This document shows, piece after piece, positions 48,551-58,265 of a DNA stretch of 64,000 bases (its first letter is position 1; each line of letters begins with the position of its first letter). The stretch covers positions 32,001 through 96,000 of IMG/VR virus record IMGVR_UViG_3300034198_015644; one strand, written 5' to 3'. A program made the position numbers and the translations under genes. The stretch comes from a virus. Below the pieces are notes generated by a model. That model had not been told where the DNA came from, searched no databases, and saw only the letters and a list, made by a program, of their open reading frames with translations.

Positions 48551-49186
48551 ATGAGCGAAGAAAAAGAGTTATTTTTAGGATTAGACGTATCAACTAAAAC
48601 AATTGGGATTTCTTTATTTGAAAGTACGGGTAAATTAATTTTATTAACCCATGTAACCCCCAAGATTAAGCTGGAAGATTTATCGTCTATGGAAATTTTA
48701 ATCAAAAAAGTTGAAGTTTTTGAAACAGAGTTTCTTGAAAAGTATGCGGATAGTAATATAACAAAGGTTGTTATAGAAGAACCATTATTACAATCTAATA
48801 ACGTTAATACGGTTGCTACGTTGCTTCGTTTTAATGGAATGATATGTAGGAGTGTTTACGAAACATTGAATGTTGTACCCGACTTTATATCGTCTTATGA
48901 CGCAAGAAAATATGCATTTCCTGAATTAATGCAAATTAGAACTACAGATAAAGAAGGTAAAATTTTAAGTGAAAAAGAACTTAAAAAGAAAACGCCGGTA
49001 TTATTTGGCGGACATCCAAAAAATGTAGATAAGAAATTAATTATTTGGGAAAAAGTTGCTGATCGTGAACCACACATTGTTTGGTTATATGATAAACACC
49101 AAAATCTTAAAAAAGAAAATTTTGATATGACAGATAGTTATGCTGCGACTTTAGGTTATATGAGAAAGAATGGTATTTGGAATTAA
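48551..49186 (+). CDS. RuvC-like Holliday junction resolvase
   Basis: 'LGLDVSTKTIG', 'VVIEEP' and 'DMTDS' acidic catalytic motifs of the RNase H/RuvC fold. Confidence 0.75.
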   Translation: MSEEKELFLGLDVSTKTIGISLFESTGKLILLTHVTPKIKLEDLSSMEILIKKVEVFETEFLEKYADSNITKVVIEEPLLQSNNVNTVATLLRFNGMICRSVYETLNVVPDFISSYDARKYAFPELMQIRTTDKEGKILSEKELKKKTPVLFGGHPKNVDKKLIIWEKVADREPHIVWLYDKHQNLKKENFDMTDSYAATLGYMRKNGIWN

Positions 49187-49193
49187 TTATTTT

Positions 49194-50612
49194 TTATCTT
49201 ACTAAATTAATTCCATATCTTCTTAATTTACCTTGCATGTAAACGTCATAGTTAGGACCTAATTGATATTCACCTTTTCTATTACGTGTCACAATACCCG
49301 CATCTTTTATAGAACCAAAAAATTGACTAAGATAACCTGAACGATATTTTCTACCTAATTTTTCTATAAAGCCTTTTTGTGTGGCAGGTTTACCCATACT
49401 ATTTTGTTCTTTTACATATGAAATAAACGCCTTTGTTGTTTTTCCTGCCTCTTTAGGATTTTCAAATGAATAAGTACTCGTACTGTTTTCAGGATACCAA
49501 TAAACAAAATCTCCTTTTTTGATAAATTCACCTTTTATTTTTGCAACTCTTCTTTTTATATTTAAAAAACGATCATTAACATTCCTTACAAATGAAACCG
49601 CAGATTCCGCAGAATCTACTGTACAATATTCACTATAGTTGGATAAAAAGTATTTTTTACCATTAAAGTTAAAACCTAATGTAAATGTTATTTTTTTAAT
49701 CTTATCTACACCGTAAGATTTACCAATGGTGATAAAATAAAATCCATCGGTATCATCAGACAATTCTTGTTTGTAAAGTGCAAAAATATTTTTATTTACA
49801 TTAAATTTAGTCTGTTTAAACTCACCCAATTCTTCGCCAAAATAAAATGAATCAATATGTTCAAATCTTTGATAACAACCAATATCTTCATTTTTAATTT
49901 CCTTAACTCTGTCATTTACAATTTTAACTATACCGCTAGGTAAAGTATTTAAAATTTTATTATCCTCAACACGATCTTCAGAATTCCAAACAGTTATTCT
50001 ACCGTAATTAGTTATTTGAACTGCCAATCTATTGTGGATGCCTCTACCTGCACCTTTTTTAATTACAAAGAAAAATTCATTTTGTTTCTTCTCAGTGTAT
50101 TGTGAAAATATATTATCTACTTTAGCTGCGATACACCACTTAGTATCCACACCAAACTTACAAGACGCTTCAGTGGTCAATGGTCTAATCATTAAATATT
50201 CATTATCTTCGTATAATTCATCATATTGACCTGTTAGAGATTTTTTGGAAACTCTGTCTTCCGCATCTAATACAACTTTTACTAATGAATCAAAATTATT
50301 ATAAGAATTAATATCTTTATTCTCTATTTGGTTTTTATTAATTAAATCATTAAATCTAACAATATAATCATGTACGTGATTAGCCCAATCAGGTAACATT
50401 ATACTTCTTTCATCGTTTATTACAATGTTTTTAATGATCCATTCTAAAAATTTTTTAGTTGGGGTTGGGTCTAAATTATTTACTAATTTTTTTATAACGT
50501 CACATCCATAACCAACTGACTCTATTCTTTTACAATATTTTTCAAATAGATCATCTATTTTAGCTTCTGTTAAAAGAAAAATATGTTGGTTTTCGGTTAT
50601 TTTTATTCTCAT
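49194..50612 (-). CDS. Hypothetical phage protein with a 'PLT.EASC.FG..TKWCI' (PcfJ-like) domain; probable start MRIKITENQ
   Basis: Long minus-strand ORF (track start 50618). The second Met at 50612 is preferred because TATTTAT overlaps the first ATG. Confidence 0.55.
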   Translation of the reverse strand: MRIKITENQHIFLLTEAKIDDLFEKYCKRIESVGYGCDVIKKLVNNLDPTPTKKFLEWIIKNIVINDERSIMLPDWANHVHDYIVRFNDLINKNQIENKDINSYNNFDSLVKVVLDAEDRVSKKSLTGQYDELYEDNEYLMIRPLTTEASCKFGVDTKWCIAAKVDNIFSQYTEKKQNEFFFVIKKGAGRGIHNRLAVQITNYGRITVWNSEDRVEDNKILNTLPSGIVKIVNDRVKEIKNEDIGCYQRFEHIDSFYFGEELGEFKQTKFNVNKNIFALYKQELSDDTDGFYFITIGKSYGVDKIKKITFTLGFNFNGKKYFLSNYSEYCTVDSAESAVSFVRNVNDRFLNIKRRVAKIKGEFIKKGDFVYWYPENSTSTYSFENPKEAGKTTKAFISYVKEQNSMGKPATQKGFIEKLGRKYRSGYLSQFFGSIKDAGIVTRNRKGEYQLGPNYDVYMQGKLRRYGINLVR

Positions 50613-50623
50613 AATCATAAATA

Positions 50624-50655
50624 TTTGGTTTTTTAATATAATTTACATATATTTG
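50624..50655 (+). promoter_or_regulatory. Bacteroidota sigmaA-type promoter (TTTG-N20-TATATTTG) for the primase gene
   Basis: TTTG at 50624-27, 20-nt spacer, TATATTTG at 50648-55; matches the -33/-7 consensus TTTG-N19-21-TAnnTTTG. Confidence 0.7.
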
Positions 50656-50659
50656 TCCC

Positions 50660-51592
50660 ATGTCGGATTTATTATTAGATTTAATCACAGACATTTTAGG
50701 TGAACCTAAGAGTCAATATGGTAGAGGTGGACAATACCAGTTCAACTGCCCTATATGTTCTGCAGAAAAGGGGGTAAGAACCGATAATAAGTACAATTTA
50801 GAGATTAATTTAGATAAAAACGTTTATAATTGTTGGAGTTGCACTGATAATCATGGGTCAATAAAAAAATTAGTTAAACTTTGGGGTAACAGAGATCAAA
50901 AGAAAAGACTTAAAATTTTATTACCCGATGAGATTAGTGTTAGCTCTGATGGTCAAAAAGAAACATTTGATGGACTACCAAAAGAATACATTTATTTGGG
51001 GTCAAATTATAATTCATTCACTAAAGATAAAGCATTGAAGTACCTTAAAAATAGGGGTTTAGGTAAAGATTTTATTGAAAGGTTTAAAATAGGATTTGCA
51101 GAAAAAGGTAAATATGCAGGAAGAATCATATTACCTTCATATGATGCAAATGTAAATATTAATTTTTTTACAACGAGAACATTTACCGGACAAAAACCAA
51201 AATATTTAAATCCTAAGATTGAAAAGAATGATGTAATATACAACGAACATTTGTTGTCTTGGTATTCTACGATATATTTTGTTGAGGGTCCGTTTGATCA
51301 CCTCGTGGTACCCAATTCAATACCAGGACTTGGAAAGATAATGTCGGATGAAGTATATAAAAAAATATCAGATAATGCCTGCGCGGATCTTGTTATATTA
51401 CAAGACGGAGATGCTTGGAAAGATTCTATTGAATTATATAAAAAATTAAATCAAGGTAAGTTACGAGATAGAGTTAGAATAATAAAGTTGCCCGATAAGT
51501 ATGACATATCAAAAATATATGAGTTATTTGGTAAAGAAGGTATAGTTAAAGTTCTTACTAGTTCTTTTAAATTGAAGGAACATTTAGTTTAA
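50660..51592 (+). CDS. DNA primase (DnaG-like, Zn-finger plus TOPRIM)
   Basis: CPIC...CWSC zinc-binding motif, 'GRIILP', 'KYLNP', 'FVEGPFD', 'DGD'. Confidence 0.85.
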   Translation: MSDLLLDLITDILGEPKSQYGRGGQYQFNCPICSAEKGVRTDNKYNLEINLDKNVYNCWSCTDNHGSIKKLVKLWGNRDQKKRLKILLPDEISVSSDGQKETFDGLPKEYIYLGSNYNSFTKDKALKYLKNRGLGKDFIERFKIGFAEKGKYAGRIILPSYDANVNINFFTTRTFTGQKPKYLNPKIEKNDVIYNEHLLSWYSTIYFVEGPFDHLVVPNSIPGLGKIMSDEVYKKISDNACADLVILQDGDAWKDSIELYKKLNQGKLRDRVRIIKLPDKYDISKIYELFGKEGIVKVLTSSFKLKEHLV

Positions 51593-52014
51593 AGGAAACG
51601 AATATTATTGAAATAATATGGTTCTAAAGTTTTTAATGAATCTACAGATGCATCATTTAAAAAAGTTTCATTACCATCTACAATATCAAATAATATATTT
51701 TTTAGACTAACACAGGAATCCTGAGTAAACTCAAATTCGGATTCAGTACATTCTACTCGAATAGTTTTTTTAAAATGTCCGACCATTTTATCAAATACCG
51801 CAAGAACGTCTACACCTAAATTAACTTCAAATATAATTTCTTTATAATGAGACAAATAAGATTCAAAAACCAAATAGAGTTGATCTTGATTAAATTCTTC
51901 ATCATGAGGTATAAAATCGTAATCTTTTAGTGAATAAAGAAAAAAACCTTCACTTTGTGTTTGGATTTCAAAAATAAAATCCTTATATTTGTCTAATATC
52001 TGTATCTTATCCAA
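51589..52014 (-). CDS. Hypothetical acidic protein (TTG start)
   Basis: 141 aa filling the gap between primase and MTase; upstream TATTTAT on the minus strand at 52039-52045. Confidence 0.55.
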   Translation of the reverse strand: MDKIQILDKYKDFIFEIQTQSEGFFLYSLKDYDFIPHDEEFNQDQLYLVFESYLSHYKEIIFEVNLGVDVLAVFDKMVGHFKKTIRVECTESEFEFTQDSCVSLKNILFDIVDGNETFLNDASVDSLKTLEPYYFNNIRFL

Positions 52015-52054
52015 AGTAATAAGTATAATACCTTAAATATAAATATAACGTAAC

Positions 52055-52720
52055 ATGGAAGAAATTGTAAATACTAAAGAGAAACAAAAAGTAATAAAAT
52101 CAATTGGTAAGGATCAACACCAAATCATTAGAGATATAATTGAATTGCATATACCTTCAGGTGTAATTGATTGCGATTGTACCTATTCTAGTGGTAAATT
52201 TTATACCCCAAAACACGGAATTGTGAGACCAAAATATGTTTTTGACATTGAACCTCAATTTGATTACGTAGTTAAGGCGGACTGTAAAAATTTACCATTA
52301 GAGAATGAATCTATAAATTCATTAATGTTTGACCCCCCATTTATCATAAGTTCGGGACCATCAATGACTTCGGATAATGAAAAACAAAATATGACGCATA
52401 GGCGTTTCTCTTCTTTTAGGAATCCAAAAGAATTATTTGGAACATATGATGGTGCAATAAAAGAAGCATATAGAGTTTTAAAAAATGATGGGGTATTAAT
52501 TTTTAAATGTCAAGATACCGTATCGGGCGGTAAACAATATTTTACACATTGTTGGATTATGAATAAGGCGTATGAATATGGTTTTTATCCTAAAGATATG
52601 TTTGTACTTGAAGGTAAATCACGTCTAATATCAGGTAAACACGCAAATCAAAAACACGCAAGAAAATTTCATTCTTATTTTTGGGTGTTTACTAAAGAAA
52701 AAAGTAAAGTATCATACTAA
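52055..52720 (+). CDS. Solitary amino-DNA methyltransferase (m6A/m4C)
   Basis: SAM-binding 'DCTYSSG.F' motif, catalytic 'FDPPF', 'RVLKNDGVLIFKCQD', 'HSYFWVF'. Confidence 0.8.
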   Translation: MEEIVNTKEKQKVIKSIGKDQHQIIRDIIELHIPSGVIDCDCTYSSGKFYTPKHGIVRPKYVFDIEPQFDYVVKADCKNLPLENESINSLMFDPPFIISSGPSMTSDNEKQNMTHRRFSSFRNPKELFGTYDGAIKEAYRVLKNDGVLIFKCQDTVSGGKQYFTHCWIMNKAYEYGFYPKDMFVLEGKSRLISGKHANQKHARKFHSYFWVFTKEKSKVSY

Positions 52721-53478
52721 TGGCAAAAATTTATTTAGAACCTGAAAAACATGTTTACATTAATGAAGATACGGGCGAAATATATAAATCCGTAACTACA
52801 GTACTGTCTATGTTGGAGGAAGAATTTCCGGCACAAAATATTGCGCAGGCAATTGCGAGACAATCCGAAAAAAAGAAAAAAGAAAAGTATAAAGGATTAA
52901 GTGAGAATGAAATATTAGATTTGTGGGAAGAAGAAAATAAAAGTGCAAATGAATATGGAACTAAAGTTCATAATCTTTTAGAAGAGTATTTGAAAAGAAA
53001 TAAATTTTATTTTCCTGAAAACGACGATGAACGAGAAATATTAAATTCATACGATGATTTAAATATTGATTTAGGGGAAAGATTTCATTGCGAAAGAATT
53101 TTATTTTCTGAAGAATATAGTATTGCCGGTATGTCGGATCATATTGTTGATGTCGATGGGGGGTTATTTGATATTAATGATTATAAAACTAATAAAGTAA
53201 TAAATTTTTATTCGCAATATAAAAAGAAATTACTACCCCCGATGGAACATTTGGATGATTGTCAATATAATATTTATTCCTTACAATTATCCATATACGC
53301 ATATTTTTATGAACAAGAAAGTAAGAGAAAATGTAGATCTTTAAATTTATTATATTTTGATCGCAATAGTAAAAAATTTATTAAATACCCTGTACCATAT
53401 ATGAAGATGGAGGCAATCGGAATTTTAAATCACTATAGAGATATGTCAAATGTATCTCCTTCGGATATTCCATTTTGA
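52720..53478 (+). CDS. PD-(D/E)XK family exonuclease
   Basis: 'SVTT', 'GTKVH', 'E', 'AGMSD..INDYKT', 'YSLQLSIY' motif series. Confidence 0.8.
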   Translation: MAKIYLEPEKHVYINEDTGEIYKSVTTVLSMLEEEFPAQNIAQAIARQSEKKKKEKYKGLSENEILDLWEEENKSANEYGTKVHNLLEEYLKRNKFYFPENDDEREILNSYDDLNIDLGERFHCERILFSEEYSIAGMSDHIVDVDGGLFDINDYKTNKVINFYSQYKKKLLPPMEHLDDCQYNIYSLQLSIYAYFYEQESKRKCRSLNLLYFDRNSKKFIKYPVPYMKMEAIGILNHYRDMSNVSPSDIPF

Positions 53479-53777
53479 TTACAAGTTCCGCCGGCAAGTT
53501 CTAATACTACATTTCCTGGATGGGAATAATGTTGACAATTATTTTCATTACATGGTGGACAATCGTGGAATATTTTGACAATTTGATTATTATCACAAAA
53601 AATAATATCTAAAGGAACCAAACAATCTTTCATCCAAAAAGAGTGGGATTCATCGTCTTGTAACATAAATAAATAACACCCATCTATGAAATTTTTACCT
53701 TTTAAACCCTTTTCTAATTCGGATTTTTTTCGTAATATTGTAATAGGAAATTCTATATCTTTTATGTAGATTTTCAT
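53433..53777 (-). CDS. DUF192 family protein (probable start MKIYIKD)
   Basis: 'GL...LFM......FWMKDCLVPLDIIF...PC......VLELAGG....GI.EGD' is the DUF192 signature. Confidence 0.8.
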   Translation of the reverse strand: MKIYIKDIEFPITILRKKSELEKGLKGKNFIDGCYLFMLQDDESHSFWMKDCLVPLDIIFCDNNQIVKIFHDCPPCNENNCQHYSHPGNVVLELAGGTCNQNGISEGDTFDISL

Positions 53778-53794
53778 ACTAATAAATATAGAAA

Positions 53795-53950
53795 ATGGAA
53801 ACAAAAAACGAAAATCTAAGTAAAATTAAAAAATATTCTGATTTATATAAAAGAAATATAATAACTTTTGATGAGTATCAAAAAGTAGTAAATCAGTCTA
53901 TAAATCAGTTAAGTGAGTCTAATAAATTAACTAAAAAACTTTCAAAATGA
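53795..53950 (+). CDS. 51-aa SHOCT-like protein (not in ORF track)
   Basis: METKNENLSKIKKYSDLYKRNIITFDEYQKVVNQ...; ATGA overlap with the downstream gene. Confidence 0.55.
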   Translation: METKNENLSKIKKYSDLYKRNIITFDEYQKVVNQSINQLSESNKLTKKLSK

Positions 53951-54756
53951 TTAAAAAAATTATCCACATAGGTGATCTTCATTTTAAAACTTATAAACGA
54001 CATGAGGAATTTCGTGAACAATTTCAAAAATTGTTTGATTATATCAAGGAATTGAGAAAAGATTATAAATACGAGGAATTGAGGGTTGCAATTTGTGGGG
54101 ATATTGTAGATCAAAAAATTAATGTGAGCAATGAATTAACTTTAGTTTTGGCATGGTTTTTTAATAATATATCTGAACACTGTCCTGTTGTTATGATTGC
54201 CGGTAATCATGATTTTCTTGAAAATAATAAAGATCGAGTAGATTCACTTACACCTGTAATTGAACTTTTAAATAAAGATAATATAAAATATTTTAAGGTA
54301 AGTGAGTGTGTAGTTGATGAAAATATTGTTTGGTGTCCTTATTCGATGTTTGAGGGCAACAAAACACCTAACATTGAAGAATATAGAAAAAAATATGGAG
54401 ATACTAAAAAATTTATTGGTCTTTATCATGGTCCTTTGTTTGGATCCGTCACTGATATGGGATTTGAGGTTGAAGGTACTGAACTGTCAATTTTCAAAGG
54501 ATTGGATTATGTTTTATGTGCGGACATTCACAAGCGTCAAACACTAAAATACAATAATATTCCTATTGTTTATTGTGGATCATATCTACAATTAAACTAT
54601 GGTGAGACTGTAAGGAAACACGGATTTTTAGTTTGGGATGTAGAAACTAGTACCTATGAAGAACATAATTTAGAGAGTGAATATGGGTATTATCAATTCA
54701 AAATCGAATCATTATTTGATATTGAAGAAGGAAAAGAAGAGTTGACTAATCGATGA
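53947..54756 (+). CDS. Mre11/SbcD/gp47-like metallophosphoesterase nuclease
   Basis: 'GDLH', 'GD', 'GNHD', 'YHG', 'DIH' motifs; adjacent to a Rad50-like gene. Confidence 0.85.
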   Translation: MIKKIIHIGDLHFKTYKRHEEFREQFQKLFDYIKELRKDYKYEELRVAICGDIVDQKINVSNELTLVLAWFFNNISEHCPVVMIAGNHDFLENNKDRVDSLTPVIELLNKDNIKYFKVSECVVDENIVWCPYSMFEGNKTPNIEEYRKKYGDTKKFIGLYHGPLFGSVTDMGFEVEGTELSIFKGLDYVLCADIHKRQTLKYNNIPIVYCGSYLQLNYGETVRKHGFLVWDVETSTYEEHNLESEYGYYQFKIESLFDIEEGKEELTNR

Positions 54757-55226
54757 AAATTGAATTACCTGAAAAAATTTATGATGAAATAAAAGAGTAT
54801 TGTCGTGTTAATAACATAGACGATGTTGATAAATTTATTCGTAAAATTTTAAATCAGGGATTTACAACTGAAAAATGGGGAGTAATTGGTGAAAATAAAA
54901 ATTCTAAAACTGAAATAATTGAAAAAATAATAATATCTGCAATTACAACAGAACCTGAAATAAGGATAGTAGAAAAAATTATTTATAGTGCAATTACAAC
55001 AGAACCTGAAATAAAAATAATATTTAGTGGAGTTCCACAAGAGAAAATTGTAGAAAAAATTGTACTTTCGGCAATTACTAATGAGGTAACAAAATTTGTT
55101 AATACGGGTGATAGTGTTAATTATATCTACAACGTTTATACTAAACCTGAACAACCAAAAAAAGAAATAAATAAATCTAACGATAATATCGACTTATATG
55201 GAGAAAGAAATATTAGAAAAACCTAA
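54753..55226 (+). CDS. Hypothetical protein, ribbon-helix-helix-like N-terminus with internal 17-aa repeats
   Basis: 'MKIELPEKIYDEIKEYC....VDKFIRKIL'; repeats EKII.SAITTEPEI. Confidence 0.55.
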   Translation: MKIELPEKIYDEIKEYCRVNNIDDVDKFIRKILNQGFTTEKWGVIGENKNSKTEIIEKIIISAITTEPEIRIVEKIIYSAITTEPEIKIIFSGVPQEKIVEKIVLSAITNEVTKFVNTGDSVNYIYNVYTKPEQPKKEINKSNDNIDLYGERNIRKT

Positions 55227-57594
55227 AAAGGGTAAGAAGAAAAAAGAACCAATAATCATTCCGTCAAAAGCTCAGATAAAAGTTTATTGGGACGATTTTC
55301 CTGAAAATAATTCTTATGAGGGTAAAAAAAGAGTTAAAGCATATTTTTCAGAAAAATATAACATTCCTCAGGAAAATATTAACGTAGTTTTTAGGGCGAA
55401 GAAGAGGGATATTGAAGGCAAAGAAGTTTCAATTGAAGAAGGTGTGATTGATAATATTATGGATATCAATTACCAACGAGATCTATTTAAACAATGGTTA
55501 GATAGAGAAAAAATTCAAGTTGATTGGGAACGTCTAATCAAATTGGACGATAAGGTAAACGAAATTTTAAAGACTAAAAAAGATACGGATTACAGATATC
55601 GGAGATGGTTTATAAAGGAAATCGAAATTAATAATTTTCTTTCTTTTGGTGAGGATAATGTTGTCGATTATAATAAATTAAATGGGGTTAATTTGGTTAC
55701 ATCTAACCCTACCAATACTGGCGGCAAAACAAATTTTTCCGTTGACGCATTACTGTTTTTATTTTTTGGAACTACTACTAAGACAAGTAAGAATGAAGAA
55801 GTATTCAATACTTTCAGTGGTAAACATAAAGTTTCTGTCAAGGGAGTGGTCAATATTGATGGTCACGATTATGTAATAGAAAGGACGTTAAGTAGAAAAG
55901 AAAAGAAAGATGGTACGTGGGGAGTAACGACAGGTTTGGAATACCAAAAACTTCTTTCTGATGGATCTTATGAAGATTTAAAAGGGGAGGCACGTCAACA
56001 AACAGAAAAGATTATAGTGGAGAGTATTGGTAGTGATTCAGATTTTTTAACAACAATTATTGCTACAGGTGAAAATCTTGAGACATTAATTCATACAAAA
56101 CCTACAGAAAGAGGTAAAATTTTTACAAAGTTTATTGGTCTTGAGGTTATTGAAGATAAAGAAACTATTGTTAAAGAACTTTCATCTGATTTTAGAAAAA
56201 AGATGAAAGGATTGCATTACGATGTGGAAAGTTTGAAAGTTGAGATTGATGACCTTGAAAATGAAATTCTGAAATCTAACTCCACTATTAGTGAAAAAAA
56301 TATAGAATTAATAAATGTCAACAATGAAGTATTGGAGTTAGATTATAAAAAAAATGAATTGGTTGCTAAAAAACAAGAAGTAGACCCAAAAATTTTACGA
56401 CTTAATGAAAATACAATTAAGAATGATATCTCAGACATTACTAAGAGAGGTAAAATTTTAAAAAATGAGGTTGATGATTTAAATAGTAAATTAAATGACA
56501 TGCCTCAAATAGATTTTGATGAAGACGAATACGAATCTTTATTAAAAGAAGAAAAACAATTAATCACTGAGAAAACTACACTATCTTCTGAGTTAAAAAG
56601 TAATAATAATTTGATAAAACAATTGGAAGAAGGAAAAATCTGTCCAACGTGTAAGAGAGAACTGGAAGACGTTGATCATACCGATGAGATCAATTCAATA
56701 AAAGATGAAATAAAAAAACAAAGTGTAGATTTAGAAACTATAATAAAAAAAATTAATGCACTTGAAAAAGAAATATTGGAAAGTAAAAGTTTAAAATTAA
56801 AGGCGGATGAAAAACAAAAGGTCGAACTTTTAATTTCCAAAAAAGAGGTTGAAATGGATAGAATGAGGTTAGATTTGAGAGAAAAAAATAGTACACTAAA
56901 AGAATATGAGAATAATAAGAGTATTATTGAAAACAATCAAAAACTTCAATCAGAAATAATTTTATTAGAGAGTAATATCAAAATTAAAAATAGTGAGAGA
57001 GATAATGTAATAATTGCAATTGAAAATGCTAAGAATGATATTAAAAGTGCAAATAATGAGATTACAGATAAAAAAGAATTAATTAATAGTATTAAGAAAG
57101 AGGAAGAGGTGGATAAAATTTTTACCATTTATGAAAAGATGATAGGTAAAAATGGTATATCTAAAATGGTCATTAAAAGCGTCATACCGATTCTTAATTC
57201 CGAAATAGAACAATTATTGGACGGTATTAGTGATTTTAATATTGAACTCAGAGTTAGCGATAAAAATGAAATTGAGTTTGTTTTAATTCGTGGAGATGTA
57301 GTTAAAAATTTATCTACAGGATCTGGTTTTGAAAAAACAGTGGGTTCACTTGCACTTAGGACTATACTTGGTCGAATATCTACATTACCTAAACCAAATA
57401 TAATAGTATTTGATGAAGTATTGGGTAAAGTTTCCGATGATAATTTACCGGCATTAAAAACATTCTTTGATAAGATTAGGGCATACTTTGATATTATACT
57501 TTTAATTACACATAGGGAACATTTCAAAGAACTTGCAAATCAACAAATTATGATTAATAAGGAAAATAACATCTCAAAATTTAGGTTAATTTAA
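55198..57594 (+). CDS. Rad50/SbcC/gp46-like SMC ATPase
   Basis: 'INNFLSFG', Walker A 'NTGGKT', coiled coils around a CPTC zinc hook, signature 'GSGFE', Walker B 'IVFDE', H-loop 'ITH'. Confidence 0.9.
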   Translation: MEKEILEKPKKGKKKKEPIIIPSKAQIKVYWDDFPENNSYEGKKRVKAYFSEKYNIPQENINVVFRAKKRDIEGKEVSIEEGVIDNIMDINYQRDLFKQWLDREKIQVDWERLIKLDDKVNEILKTKKDTDYRYRRWFIKEIEINNFLSFGEDNVVDYNKLNGVNLVTSNPTNTGGKTNFSVDALLFLFFGTTTKTSKNEEVFNTFSGKHKVSVKGVVNIDGHDYVIERTLSRKEKKDGTWGVTTGLEYQKLLSDGSYEDLKGEARQQTEKIIVESIGSDSDFLTTIIATGENLETLIHTKPTERGKIFTKFIGLEVIEDKETIVKELSSDFRKKMKGLHYDVESLKVEIDDLENEILKSNSTISEKNIELINVNNEVLELDYKKNELVAKKQEVDPKILRLNENTIKNDISDITKRGKILKNEVDDLNSKLNDMPQIDFDEDEYESLLKEEKQLITEKTTLSSELKSNNNLIKQLEEGKICPTCKRELEDVDHTDEINSIKDEIKKQSVDLETIIKKINALEKEILESKSLKLKADEKQKVELLISKKEVEMDRMRLDLREKNSTLKEYENNKSIIENNQKLQSEIILLESNIKIKNSERDNVIIAIENAKNDIKSANNEITDKKELINSIKKEEEVDKIFTIYEKMIGKNGISKMVIKSVIPILNSEIEQLLDGISDFNIELRVSDKNEIEFVLIRGDVVKNLSTGSGFEKTVGSLALRTILGRISTLPKPNIIVFDEVLGKVSDDNLPALKTFFDKIRAYFDIILLITHREHFKELANQQIMINKENNISKFRLI

Positions 57595-57612
57595 ATATTT
57601 TACGTATATTTG
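57581..57612 (+). promoter_or_regulatory. Bacteroidota sigmaA-type promoter (TTAG-N20-TATATTTG)
   Basis: TATATTTG at 57605-12 with a near-consensus -33 box 20 nt upstream. Confidence 0.55.
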
Positions 57613-57633
57613 TAGTCTAAAATATAAAAACAT

Positions 57634-58203
57634 ATGAAAAATTATTATTGTCTTATTGTTATTGGTAAAGTAGAAGGTATGGAAAATACATTAACTAAGG
57701 TCATAGAAGGAAAATTTATGCACAAAAATTTGGGTAAATTATTCATTTCTACTTTCGAATCAAATTTTTCTATATGGGAAATTGAACAAATCTTACATGG
57801 AGAAAGAAGATCATATTTTTTGACTAAAATGCAAGGGTCTAATTTTACTGCCACAGTTCAGGACGAACAAATTCAAAACGATTTATTTTTAGATTATGTC
57901 ACAAAAATGGTTCAATTGAATGACAATATTAACAATGATTTAACAAATTTTAATATTGAAGATCCATTTGAATCTAAAAAGATAAATCCTATGGATTTTG
58001 AAGACAAAATTAATGAATTTTTAAATAATATTAAAAATAATTCTGATGGAAAAAATCCATTTAAAAGTAGAAAAAAAGTTAAAAATGTAGAAATAGAACC
58101 ACCAACGTTAGACGAAATTTTAGATAAAATTAATAAGGTTGGTTATCAAAAATTGACCAAATTTGAAAAAGAATGTTTAGAAAATTATTCAAAAAAGGGA
58201 TAA
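57634..58203 (+). CDS. Hypothetical protein with C-terminal DUF6576-like helical motif
   Basis: 'TLDEILDKINKVGYQKLTKFEKECL' resembles the 'ILDKI...GY.SLT..EK' motif. Confidence 0.55.
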   Translation: MKNYYCLIVIGKVEGMENTLTKVIEGKFMHKNLGKLFISTFESNFSIWEIEQILHGERRSYFLTKMQGSNFTATVQDEQIQNDLFLDYVTKMVQLNDNINNDLTNFNIEDPFESKKINPMDFEDKINEFLNNIKNNSDGKNPFKSRKKVKNVEIEPPTLDEILDKINKVGYQKLTKFEKECLENYSKKG

Positions 58204-58208
58204 AAAAA

Positions 58209-58240
58209 TTTGGTTTTTGTCCAAAAATTTACTATATTTG
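58209..58240 (+). promoter_or_regulatory. Bacteroidota sigmaA-type promoter (TTTG-N20-TATATTTG) for the sigma factor gene
   Basis: TTTG at 58209-12, 20-nt spacer, TATATTTG at 58233-40. Confidence 0.7.
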
Positions 58241-58265
58241 ATACTTATAAAAACAAAAAAAGTTT

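Noticed and set aside
52055-53478. Type II restriction-modification pair (MTase plus adjacent nuclease)
   Set aside because: The nuclease has phage exonuclease-type motifs (SVTT, GT..H, DYKT, QLS.Y) and sits in a replication/recombination cluster; an orphan MTase is the simpler reading.
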